NCBI GenBank assembly: GCA_963665815.1
Contig: OY762463.1
Location: forward strand, 1,088,001 to 1,152,000
Source: Candidatus Cloacimonadales bacterium
GTDB taxonomy: Bacteria > Cloacimonadota > Cloacimonadia > Cloacimonadales > JAIOQZ01
Length of the DNA: 64,000 bases
Reading direction: 5' to 3'
Part shown: in pieces, positions 47,687 through 56,403 of the stretch
Numbering within the stretch: the first letter of the stretch is position 1
Layout: the number at the start of each line of letters is the position of its first letter
Program-made: the position numbers and the translations under genes
Notes under the pieces: generated by a model
What the model saw: only the letters and a program-made list of their open reading frames with translations
Told to the model about the DNA's origin: nothing
Databases searched by the model: none

Positions 47687-50162
47687 GATTTTCCCCTTCG
47701 ATATTAAGTGGTATCCTTAAACTAAATACGGATCCCTTTCCTATCTCACTTTTCACAATAACATCACCCTTTAAAATTTCGTTAACTAATTTTTTAGTAA
47801 GGTACAAGCCTAATCCTGTACCTCCGGCTTTGACCTTCAAATGAGATTCAACTCTTTCAAAAGCTTCAAACAGTTTTATCTGGTCTTCTTCTGAGACACC
47901 AATACCTGTATCCTCAACTGATAATGTAATGAAATTCCCATCAATTATATAGTAAATTTTTATTATTCCCTCTTCTGAATACTTCACAGCATTACTTAAG
48001 AAGTTAATCAGACACTGAAGTAAACGTCTTTTGTCAGTGTTCAACCATATTTCATCCTGAATGTAGTTTTGCAGATTTAGAGATCTTTTCTTCTTCAGCA
48101 TAGGAGTAATATTGTTCAAAGCTTTCTCAATAACATCAAGCAGATTAAATCTTTCATACTTGATATCCAGTCTTCCGGCTTCTATTTTTGATATATCAAT
48201 TATATCTGTTATTAATGCCAGAAGGTGTTTTGCTGAGCCATATACTCTTGAAAGATGATCTTTCTGCTTTTCATTCAAAGGACCTGTCATCTCCTGAAGA
48301 ATTATGCCTGTAAATCCAATTATGGAATTCAATGGTGTTCTCAGCTCATGACTCATTGAAGCGATAAACATACTCTTCAGTCGGTCGAGTTTTTTGAGTT
48401 CATTGTTAGCGGAATGCAATTTTGCTTCAGTTTTCCTTCGTTTATATATTTCTTTTTTCAGATTAAAATTCCATAATGCCACAATCAGAATTACAATAAT
48501 AACAAGTGCAATTGCAGGTAATCCATAAAGAAAAAATACTCTTTTCGAAATACCAGGTTTATACTCAATTTTTATCCATTTATCCCTTATCTCTTTCTTT
48601 TTCTCCTCTGATATAGAAACCAGTGCTTTATCAATTATACCTTTCAGAATAAGCCAGTCATCTCTTATACCAAAATGAAGGCTATATGTTTTCTGAGATA
48701 CCGGTGCTGCGATCTTGAGATTTGTCAGATTCAGTTTTTTTATCCAGTAAGATGAAGAAGAAACATTACCAATAAAAGCATCAGCCTTACCAAGAGAAAC
48801 AGCTTTTAATGCTTCCTGCTGCGATTCATAAGAAACAGGTTTTATATCAGTATTGTATATCAGAAAACTCTCATGCGAGCTTCTTGCCTGTACTGCTACA
48901 CGCATATTAGTTATATCACTGATTCCTGTTACAAATGGTTTGGATTCTTCATTAATTATCACTCGTTGAAAATTTATATATGCTCTCGAAAACTCCATAA
49001 AATCCCGTCTATCCGGTGTAATTGCTACACATGGTAGAATGTCTATCTGTTTCTGAGCTATTCTGTCAGTTGCTTCCTTCCATGAAATACCTTTTACAAC
49101 ATCAAATTTGACACCCAGCTTTTCCTGAAGTATCTTAATATAATCATAAGCAATACCATTATAATTTCCTGTTTCATCTATGAACTCAAAAGGAGCAAAC
49201 TCAGGATCTATTCCCAGCTTTATTGTTTTGTGATTTGAAAGCCATTCTCGCTCTTTCACACTCAAATACAAACCTCTGGGCTTTTCTTTTTCAATATCTT
49301 CAAAAATCGTGTTCTCCGATAAGCCTGACAAATAACCATAAACTGCCTGATTATAAACAGATTCCTTATCCTTTTTCATTTCCCTGAGATGCCTGTCAAT
49401 TGTTGATGAAAGGTACTTGAACATTGAAGACTCCTTAGGAAATGCAAACATAATGTTTCTTGGATTAAACATTATAGAAGTCTTATATATTGGATAGTTA
49501 TCAGCTTGTAAAGCACCAAAGATTCTGTTAACAACTCCTGCATCAGCTTCACCACGCATCATAACATCGAATACATCTTTATAGGAGTTCACTCTGATAA
49601 ACTGGCAATCAATGTCAAATTCAGAAAGCAGTTGCTTTACTCCACCTTCTCCATCGGTATGTATACTACCATCCATAACAGCAATTTTTAACCCTTTCAG
49701 ATCAACAAAAGACTCTATGATTTTACCTTTAACAGAATATATTGTTGCCCAGTTAACAAGAAAGGTTTCTTTGTTGAACAAGTACTTTTCAGAACGCTCT
49801 TCAGAATATGCAACGTCAACCATCATATCAATTTCATTATTTTCAAGTCTGGTCAGACATTCATTCCAGCTTCCGGGAACATATTTTATTTCCCAGTTCT
49901 CCAGCTTGGCTATTGAGTTCAGTACATCAGGAAACAATCCCCTGTATCGTCCTTCTTCAGACATGTAAATTTTGGGCTTGTTCTCATACGCTCCAACTCT
50001 TAGAATCATTTTCTCTGCAGATAATAGCAAGCTGAAAAATAAAAAACTAAATACTATCAGTGCTTTTATAAAGAATCGTATGTCAATTTCATCAAATACC
50101 GGATATGAACATGGCACACTGTGACATTTCCAAAACATTGTTCCTAATCTGAATTTACGCAT
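47679..50162 (-). CDS. Sensor histidine kinase with two periplasmic SBP family 3 (Venus flytrap) domains
   Basis: Two SBP_bac_3-like domains (GAYENKP...; GIDPEFAPFEF...), TM, SMSHELRTPLNSIIGF, NAVKY, DTGIG, GGTGLGL. Confidence 0.93.
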   Translation of the reverse strand: MRKFRLGTMFWKCHSVPCSYPVFDEIDIRFFIKALIVFSFLFFSLLLSAEKMILRVGAYENKPKIYMSEEGRYRGLFPDVLNSIAKLENWEIKYVPGSWNECLTRLENNEIDMMVDVAYSEERSEKYLFNKETFLVNWATIYSVKGKIIESFVDLKGLKIAVMDGSIHTDGEGGVKQLLSEFDIDCQFIRVNSYKDVFDVMMRGEADAGVVNRIFGALQADNYPIYKTSIMFNPRNIMFAFPKESSMFKYLSSTIDRHLREMKKDKESVYNQAVYGYLSGLSENTIFEDIEKEKPRGLYLSVKEREWLSNHKTIKLGIDPEFAPFEFIDETGNYNGIAYDYIKILQEKLGVKFDVVKGISWKEATDRIAQKQIDILPCVAITPDRRDFMEFSRAYINFQRVIINEESKPFVTGISDITNMRVAVQARSSHESFLIYNTDIKPVSYESQQEALKAVSLGKADAFIGNVSSSSYWIKKLNLTNLKIAAPVSQKTYSLHFGIRDDWLILKGIIDKALVSISEEKKKEIRDKWIKIEYKPGISKRVFFLYGLPAIALVIIVILIVALWNFNLKKEIYKRRKTEAKLHSANNELKKLDRLKSMFIASMSHELRTPLNSIIGFTGIILQEMTGPLNEKQKDHLSRVYGSAKHLLALITDIIDISKIEAGRLDIKYERFNLLDVIEKALNNITPMLKKKRSLNLQNYIQDEIWLNTDKRRLLQCLINFLSNAVKYSEEGIIKIYYIIDGNFITLSVEDTGIGVSEEDQIKLFEAFERVESHLKVKAGGTGLGLYLTKKLVNEILKGDVIVKSEIGKGSVFSLRIPLNIEGENHE

Positions 50163-50244
50163 TACTTTCCCTTTTCAATTACTTGTGAGAAAACTAAAAC
50201 ATAATAGAGATTTGCGTTTTGTCAATATTATTAGCTGTTTATAT

Positions 50245-50699
50245 TGGAATCCCCCCGTTTTTTCTTGAAAATCTGACTTCAAGAAAATTAGAAGGATTTT
50301 TAGCAGACATTTCTTAGAAAAATGCACTATTCATTTTCTTTGGTGCCAAAGAAAACGAAACAAAAGAAACTGGAAAAGTTGATGAAATCGTTGATTTCAT
50401 CGAAAAGCACTCTTTTTATAGATCGGGAGTAGTTGATGAAATTAGTGAATTTCATCTAAATGTATTTCCAGTAAACTGGAACCATAAATTTTTCCTAAAA
50501 TCCTTCCAAGGCTTCAGGATTTCTTAACGGTTAAATTTATTATACAGAAAAAAGAGAAAATGCTATCTTCAATGCAAAACAATCATACTTAGTTTAAAGC
50601 TATTACATTGATTCATATTTTCCACTGATTTACTGTTTCAAAACTTTTATTTATAATAAGTTATATATACATTGTATTTGGTTTTCGGGGGGATGCCTG
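50245..50699. mobile_element. MITE-like non-autonomous element with terminal inverted repeats and a 16-bp flanking direct repeat
   Basis: GGAATCCCCCCG (50246-50257) versus CGGGGGGATGCC (50686-50697), 11/12 complementary; TATTAGCTGTTTATAT at 50229-50244 and 50700-50715; no ORF; many internal hairpins. Confidence 0.72.
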
Positions 50700-50757
50700 T
50701 ATTAGCTGTTTATATAACCCAAGAATAATGAATTGTATTCAAACCCATATTTTATAT

Positions 50758-52770
50758 CTATGTGAATGATGATCTTTCTATGAATTTTGTAGTGTAATCG
50801 TAATAATACTTGGAAGGTGGATCAATTTTATCCACAGTTTTCTGTAAGTTATGGCAGTGCAGTATAAGGTCGGGTAAAACTTTCATACTGATTGATACAA
50901 ATGATTTCTTTATCATATCCTCACGCTTTTCTGTTTCTATCTTAAGGATCTTTGACATCATTGTAAGTTTTTTCTCAAGCTTATTTTTTTGCTGTATTGC
51001 CTGAATCACTTTTTCTTTCTCAATTGAAGTAAGTTCCTGCATTTCATTATATATTGTTGGAGAATTCAAATCTAATTCAAACTGTGCAAGCACTTCTTTG
51101 ATATTTTCTTCAATCTTTGCACAAGTCTCTTCTAAATTCTTGATTTTATCACAAAGCTGATTATCATTACCAAAGTGAACTACTGTTGGCAATCCTGCGG
51201 GGGAACCGACAACCGGACAGTGCAATTCTTTTTTAACATATATCTCAGAATCTACAATTGCTCCTCGTTCGTTAAGATTTATACTTGAACCAAAAACGAG
51301 AATATTATCATAAGAACGAACCTTGGCTCCTCTTATGAACCTCTGAACTGTAATCTGTCCTTTGGCTACAAGTGTACATGTTTCAACGTACTTAGCAGTA
51401 AATGCTCCTCCGCAGATTATTTTTGTAGATTCTCCATTAACTCCGCCTTGAAGAGTTATATCACCTCCGGATTCAATAATACAATTATCCTCGATATTAC
51501 CTTTAATGAAAATATTTTTCTCAGATTTAACATTAAAACCGGCAAGTACATTACCCATAATCTCAACATTTGCAGTAGTGTTAATGTGACCCGATTCCAG
51601 ATCTACATCACCACGTAGTGTAATTGTTGGAAAAACGGAAATTGTACTATTGTGATAATCTAGAATTCCATCTTCTGCGCAATAGACTTTGATTTCTGTT
51701 TCTGTTTTCTCAATCCTTGTACCTTTGCTGTATCTCAGAACAACATCCTTTGGGGCCCTGGCATTAATCTGTTTTCCCAACAAATCTGTTCCGGGTTCTC
51801 CTTTAACAGGCAGTACTTTTTCAGCAAGAAGAACATCCGCTTTAACATTCTTGAATTTATTTCTTATTTTATAGTCTATATTGTCATGATCATCGGAATA
51901 TCCAATCGACTGATGCATATCGAAATGTATCTTCACATCAGCATCTCGTGATTCCCCGGGAAGTTTTCCCTGAGCGATGATTGGGTGTTCCCATATTCCA
52001 AAGCTGCTCAAATCAACTTTCTTTTTACATAAATCAAGAATTTTCGATCTCTGGAAAAAGTTATATAATTCAACATCCCTGGGATAGTCTTTGGCATTAG
52101 TTCGGGGAAGATTAATGAATCTGGCAGTCATATTATCAGAATCAATCCTGAATGCTTCTTTTACTACAAAAGCACTCTCACTTAAAGAAAGATATCCGCA
52201 AACACCTGCTACATACTTATTCTTGTTTTCATCAAAATATACATTCTCCCCAGCTTTGAACTCCAGTTGAAAAGCCCGAGAAGCATGAATTTCTTCATCG
52301 AAAATGTTCTTACCCGGAATACGATCCACTACTTTTTCAATTTCCGCAATTGCCTGTCCTTCATGCACAAAGATTAAATCAAACGGAAGATCTGTATCCG
52401 GCTCAAATTCACTGTCACTGAGAAAATCGTTAACAATCTTCCACTTTGTAAAATCATAAACATCTAATTGAGAATCAACAAGAAAATGGTATTTGTCAGC
52501 TCCCTTCCTGAATGGAATCTTAGCTTGTGCAACAATAACATTTGATATAGGAGTTTCCGAATACTGAGCTTTTTTCAGATAGTAATCAATTACTTCTTCA
52601 TCAATCCCAAAGTGTACACGTTCTTCTTTAAGCTTCTCAATAATATATTCTTTTGTTATCTCTGTTTCATCCGGCAGATAAGCATACAGTTTCGGTATAA
52701 TTATAGAATCACCATTCCCGGTCTCTTCGAAAGAAATATCACCAACGTTAATTTTCATTTTTTTCTCCAT
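50758..52770 (-). CDS. FapA/DUF342 family protein
   Basis: IAQGKLPGESRDA, NVKADVLLAEKVLPVKGEPGTDLLG, GDVDLESGHI...GNVLAGFNVKS beta-helix-like region, coiled coil. Confidence 0.85.
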   Translation of the reverse strand: MEKKMKINVGDISFEETGNGDSIIIPKLYAYLPDETEITKEYIIEKLKEERVHFGIDEEVIDYYLKKAQYSETPISNVIVAQAKIPFRKGADKYHFLVDSQLDVYDFTKWKIVNDFLSDSEFEPDTDLPFDLIFVHEGQAIAEIEKVVDRIPGKNIFDEEIHASRAFQLEFKAGENVYFDENKNKYVAGVCGYLSLSESAFVVKEAFRIDSDNMTARFINLPRTNAKDYPRDVELYNFFQRSKILDLCKKKVDLSSFGIWEHPIIAQGKLPGESRDADVKIHFDMHQSIGYSDDHDNIDYKIRNKFKNVKADVLLAEKVLPVKGEPGTDLLGKQINARAPKDVVLRYSKGTRIEKTETEIKVYCAEDGILDYHNSTISVFPTITLRGDVDLESGHINTTANVEIMGNVLAGFNVKSEKNIFIKGNIEDNCIIESGGDITLQGGVNGESTKIICGGAFTAKYVETCTLVAKGQITVQRFIRGAKVRSYDNILVFGSSINLNERGAIVDSEIYVKKELHCPVVGSPAGLPTVVHFGNDNQLCDKIKNLEETCAKIEENIKEVLAQFELDLNSPTIYNEMQELTSIEKEKVIQAIQQKNKLEKKLTMMSKILKIETEKREDMIKKSFVSISMKVLPDLILHCHNLQKTVDKIDPPSKYYYDYTTKFIERSSFT

Positions 52771-53018
52771 CAGACATCAAATACCATTTTGATAAGTTTC
52801 CACTTCATATCAAGGCATTGTAATTCATAGTAATTTTCGGATTCATCTGAAACTGCGAAAAAATGATATAACTTATTACCTTCATATGAATTCCAGTATC
52901 CGTTCGTAGATTTTACTTTAATTACTCTATCATTCCATTTGAATTTTAAAGGTCTTAACTCTTCAAGACCTGAATAAAATATCACCTCAATCGGATCATC
53001 ATATTTTTCTACAGTCAT
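52770..53018 (-). CDS. Small hypothetical protein (DUF6504-like)
   Basis: PIEV...RPLKFKWNDR...W...HFFAV...YEL...WKL pattern; TGATG overlap with the FapA gene. Confidence 0.6.
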   Translation of the reverse strand: MTVEKYDDPIEVIFYSGLEELRPLKFKWNDRVIKVKSTNGYWNSYEGNKLYHFFAVSDESENYYELQCLDMKWKLIKMVFDV

Positions 53019-53019
53019 T

Positions 53020-53943
53020 TCAGAATTTCAAATTTATTCCGACGGGTCTGTGATCGCTGATAATCGAATCATATGTATTCCACCTTCCGGGAAAATATAA
53101 TTCAGCCTGGATAGTTTTTACATGAACATAATTCAATATTAACTCGTCAGATATTATTATATGATCTATATGGCTATTATAGCTCGGATACGATTTATTG
53201 TCAATCATATTAAGCTCAGCGTACTCCGAATCCACAATAAAGTATTTCTCATTCCCAACAAATGCCGTAAACACGTTTGCCTCAGTTTCATCATTTATCT
53301 GATCATTAAAATCCCCGAGAATGATAACATTATCGTCAGGATAAACCCTGCTGCAGTATTCTTCAAGCATATTACAGGCATCAAGTCTTCTTTTCTCTTC
53401 ATCCCAGGCATAATTATGATCTATCACATTATCACCAAACGCCTTCAGATGATTATTAATTATATATATTTCTTCACCACGATAAGAAATACTGAGGACA
53501 AACGGCAATCTGGGGAACTCTCTACTGCTGCCTGAAAATAGACTGAAAGTTTCGTTGATAGTTATGTTATCACCAGTATTTACAAGAAATCCTAGATTAC
53601 TGTTACTTTGATAAACAACCTCCCAATCCTGAGTAATTGCAAGATCCATCGGACTGGTTTCAACTTCTTGAAAAGCTATAATATCAACATCAAGAATTTC
53701 AATCAACTTCCTCAATGAATCAATTGTAGAATTACTCTTAGGATAGTGTTCCACATTCCAGGTAAGCACATCAAGAGTCGAATCGCTGCCAAAAGGATCA
53801 GTTAAAAACCCTGAAGTATCGGTATTCGTCGTGTCAGGATCAGTAACATCCGGATCATTCCCGATGATATCCTCATTTTCTCCACATCCGATTAGAAAAA
53901 AAAATATCAGTATACTCACCACGAAATTAAGATTTTTTCTCAT
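53020..53943 (-). CDS. Endonuclease/exonuclease/phosphatase family lipoprotein
   Basis: Lipobox LIGC; TWNVE, DIIAFQEV, NNHLKA, LGDFND, HIDHI, SDHRPV. Confidence 0.92.
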   Translation of the reverse strand: MRKNLNFVVSILIFFFLIGCGENEDIIGNDPDVTDPDTTNTDTSGFLTDPFGSDSTLDVLTWNVEHYPKSNSTIDSLRKLIEILDVDIIAFQEVETSPMDLAITQDWEVVYQSNSNLGFLVNTGDNITINETFSLFSGSSREFPRLPFVLSISYRGEEIYIINNHLKAFGDNVIDHNYAWDEEKRRLDACNMLEEYCSRVYPDDNVIILGDFNDQINDETEANVFTAFVGNEKYFIVDSEYAELNMIDNKSYPSYNSHIDHIIISDELILNYVHVKTIQAELYFPGRWNTYDSIISDHRPVGINLKF

Positions 53944-53948
53944 AACTG

Positions 53949-55154
53949 TTACTTTACAATATGCAGGGGCAGCTTAACTGTAGTGACAACCTTTTTGCTG
54001 TTCTCCTGTGCAATCTCCAGTATTCCTTTATATGTTTTTATAGTTCTGCAGCAGTAAAGCATTGTCGTATCACTAACCATCTTACTGTCTGAATTCATCT
54101 CCCTGAAACACAAATAAGATTTCAGCTCATCTTTACTCATGGAACCAATAGATTCAATCTTAATCCAGCCATAATTATTGTCAATACCACTTTTTATTGA
54201 TAGAAGAGGCTTGTCTTCATCAGCAAGTAAAACCATTTGATTCATGATTAAATTTTGAAAAATCTGGGCTGTATCCTGAGGATCAGCAGCCACATAAATC
54301 TCGTGAGAAGCAAGCATTAAGTCTTTCTCAAACTTATTACTAAAATCATAATGCAAATGCATAAAAAGTATCTCTTCATTTACAATTGAGTTTATTTCTG
54401 AAATATTTACTGAAGTCTTGTTTGAAAGTACCATTTTAGATTTCAAAGAATGCACAATCCTGTTAAGCTGTTCATGGACCTTGATTAAGTCATAATTTGT
54501 TTCAGATAAATCCATCATGTTTCGACTGATCATCTTGAAGATAATATCCTTTTTTCCGAGACAAATCCCCTCAATCTGCTTTATGGAATCACTGAAATTA
54601 TCTATCAACGTTTTTAAACCATCAACTGGTATCTGCACATTGTTGATCACGCCTTGTATCATTAATCCAATTGCAGAACGTCTTTCACTTAGAATAAGCT
54701 GCTCTGTACGCTTCTGCAACTCTTCTTCGAGCTCCTGACTATACTGCTTAATGATCCTCTGAGACAAAAGAATCTTTAATTGATTATCCAAACGAGCTAT
54801 AACCTCCATTGGATTGTATGGTTTTAAGATGTAATCTTCTCCCCCTGCCTCAAATCCTTTTACGATATCCCTGCTGTCATCCTTTATGGTCAGAAACAAA
54901 ACTGGTATCGCCTTATATTCTTCCATAGATTTTAATTTACGACATATATCATAACCATTAGTATCTGGCAGTACTACATCAAGCAAAATCAAATCAATAT
55001 TCTCTGAAGCCAGCTTATCATAAAGTTCTGCTCCACTTGCTGCCTTCTCTATTTTGTAACCATGCTTTGTCAGCAGATTTTCCATTATTTTAAGATTTAT
55101 CGGATCATCATCAACCACAAGAAGCGTGAATTTATCCTTCTGAAATTTATCCAT
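53949..55154 (-). CDS. Response regulator fused to a degenerate (pseudo) histidine kinase
   Basis: Intact REC (VDDD, DVVLP, FLT, KP); the H-box position reads GVINNVQIP (no His); G boxes are missing. Confidence 0.8.
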   Translation of the reverse strand: MDKFQKDKFTLLVVDDDPINLKIMENLLTKHGYKIEKAASGAELYDKLASENIDLILLDVVLPDTNGYDICRKLKSMEEYKAIPVLFLTIKDDSRDIVKGFEAGGEDYILKPYNPMEVIARLDNQLKILLSQRIIKQYSQELEEELQKRTEQLILSERRSAIGLMIQGVINNVQIPVDGLKTLIDNFSDSIKQIEGICLGKKDIIFKMISRNMMDLSETNYDLIKVHEQLNRIVHSLKSKMVLSNKTSVNISEINSIVNEEILFMHLHYDFSNKFEKDLMLASHEIYVAADPQDTAQIFQNLIMNQMVLLADEDKPLLSIKSGIDNNYGWIKIESIGSMSKDELKSYLCFREMNSDSKMVSDTTMLYCCRTIKTYKGILEIAQENSKKVVTTVKLPLHIVK

Positions 55155-55405
55155 AGATACTCCATATATTGCTTTGACAATTTCAGCACTAAGTCTAATC
55201 TGACTCTCAAAACTCCTGTATTCAGGAACTGTTTTATATAAATTATACTAAATCAATCAAAAGACAAAATGTTTTAGCACACATTAAAGCTTAACATAAC
55301 TGTCATATAGTCTAACTTTGTCAGTAGAAAAGGATTTGTTCAATAGATGCTCAATATTGATCAAACAGCTATTGCATCACCAAAGATTAAATATAAGGAA
55401 CAGAT

Positions 55406-56314
55406 ATGCACTTGAAATACTCTGAAGAAGTAAAAAAAGCATTAGATAACAACTCACCCATTGTTGCCCTTGAATCAACAATTATATCTCATGGAATGCC
55501 ATATCCTGACAATGTAAATCTGGCGTCAGAGCTGGAAGATATATGTAGAAACAATGGTGTTACCCCTGCGACAATAGCCATAATCAAAGGAGAAATACAC
55601 ATCGGGCTGGAAAGCGAACAACTGGAATATCTCGGTAAATCGGGTGAAATAGAAAAAGCTTCAATAAAAGATATTCCGCAGATCATTGCATCAGGGAAAT
55701 CAGGGGCCACCACTGTTGCAGGAACATTATTCTGCTGTAATCTGGCAGGAGTTAAAGTTTTTGCTACAGGCGGTATGGGCGGAGTCCATAAAAAAGCTGA
55801 AGAGACCTTTGATATTTCAGCCGACCTGCATGCTCTTGCTTCCAATAGAGTTATCCTGGTTTCAGCAGGTGCAAAAGCAATTCTTGACCTCCCCAAAACA
55901 CTCGAATACATGGAAACTCTGTCTATCCCTGTATTCGGTTATAAAACAAACCTCTTCCCTGCTTTCTATTCAAGTAAGACCGATCTGAAAATTAAATCTA
56001 TTGAGTCTGCACAAGAAATAGCTGCTGTATTCAATACAATGATTGAACTGAATGTCAAAACAGGACTAATGATTGCTAACCCTGTCCCCGAACAGGATGA
56101 AATCCCTGCTGATGTGATAAACATGCACATTAATAGTGCTCTTGATGCTGCAGACCAACAGAACATAACCGGAGCAGCTATTACACCATTCCTGCTCCAA
56201 TACATTGTAAATGAAACCAGCGGAGCATCACTGAAAGCCAACAAAAGCCTTGTGAGAAACAATGTCAGACTAGCCTGCGAAATAGCTAAAAGTCTGAATG
56301 TCATTAAAAAGTAG
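55406..56314 (+). CDS. psuG: Pseudouridine-5'-phosphate glycosidase
   Basis: VALESTIISHGMPYP, GATTVAGT, FATGGMGGVH, DISADL, GAKAILDLPKTLEYMET, TPFLL. Confidence 0.96.
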   Translation: MHLKYSEEVKKALDNNSPIVALESTIISHGMPYPDNVNLASELEDICRNNGVTPATIAIIKGEIHIGLESEQLEYLGKSGEIEKASIKDIPQIIASGKSGATTVAGTLFCCNLAGVKVFATGGMGGVHKKAEETFDISADLHALASNRVILVSAGAKAILDLPKTLEYMETLSIPVFGYKTNLFPAFYSSKTDLKIKSIESAQEIAAVFNTMIELNVKTGLMIANPVPEQDEIPADVINMHINSALDAADQQNITGAAITPFLLQYIVNETSGASLKANKSLVRNNVRLACEIAKSLNVIKK

Positions 56315-56337
56315 CAGTCACATAGAAAGACTGCTAA
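56311..56337. promoter_or_regulatory. CIRCE-like (HrcA) operator upstream of htpG
   Basis: GTAGCAGTC-N9-GACTGCTAA versus consensus TTAGCACTC-N9-GAGTGCTAA; TTGACA at 56346. Confidence 0.65.
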
Positions 56338-56403
56338 TATTTTTATTGACAAATTAGTTTGTTCTATTTTTTATTGCTTCAAAAAAAATCAATGGAGGAT
56401 TAA

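Noticed and set aside
55181-55300. CIRCE half-site-like TCAGCACT and TTAGCAC upstream of psuG
   Set aside because: No matching second arm at 9-nt spacing.
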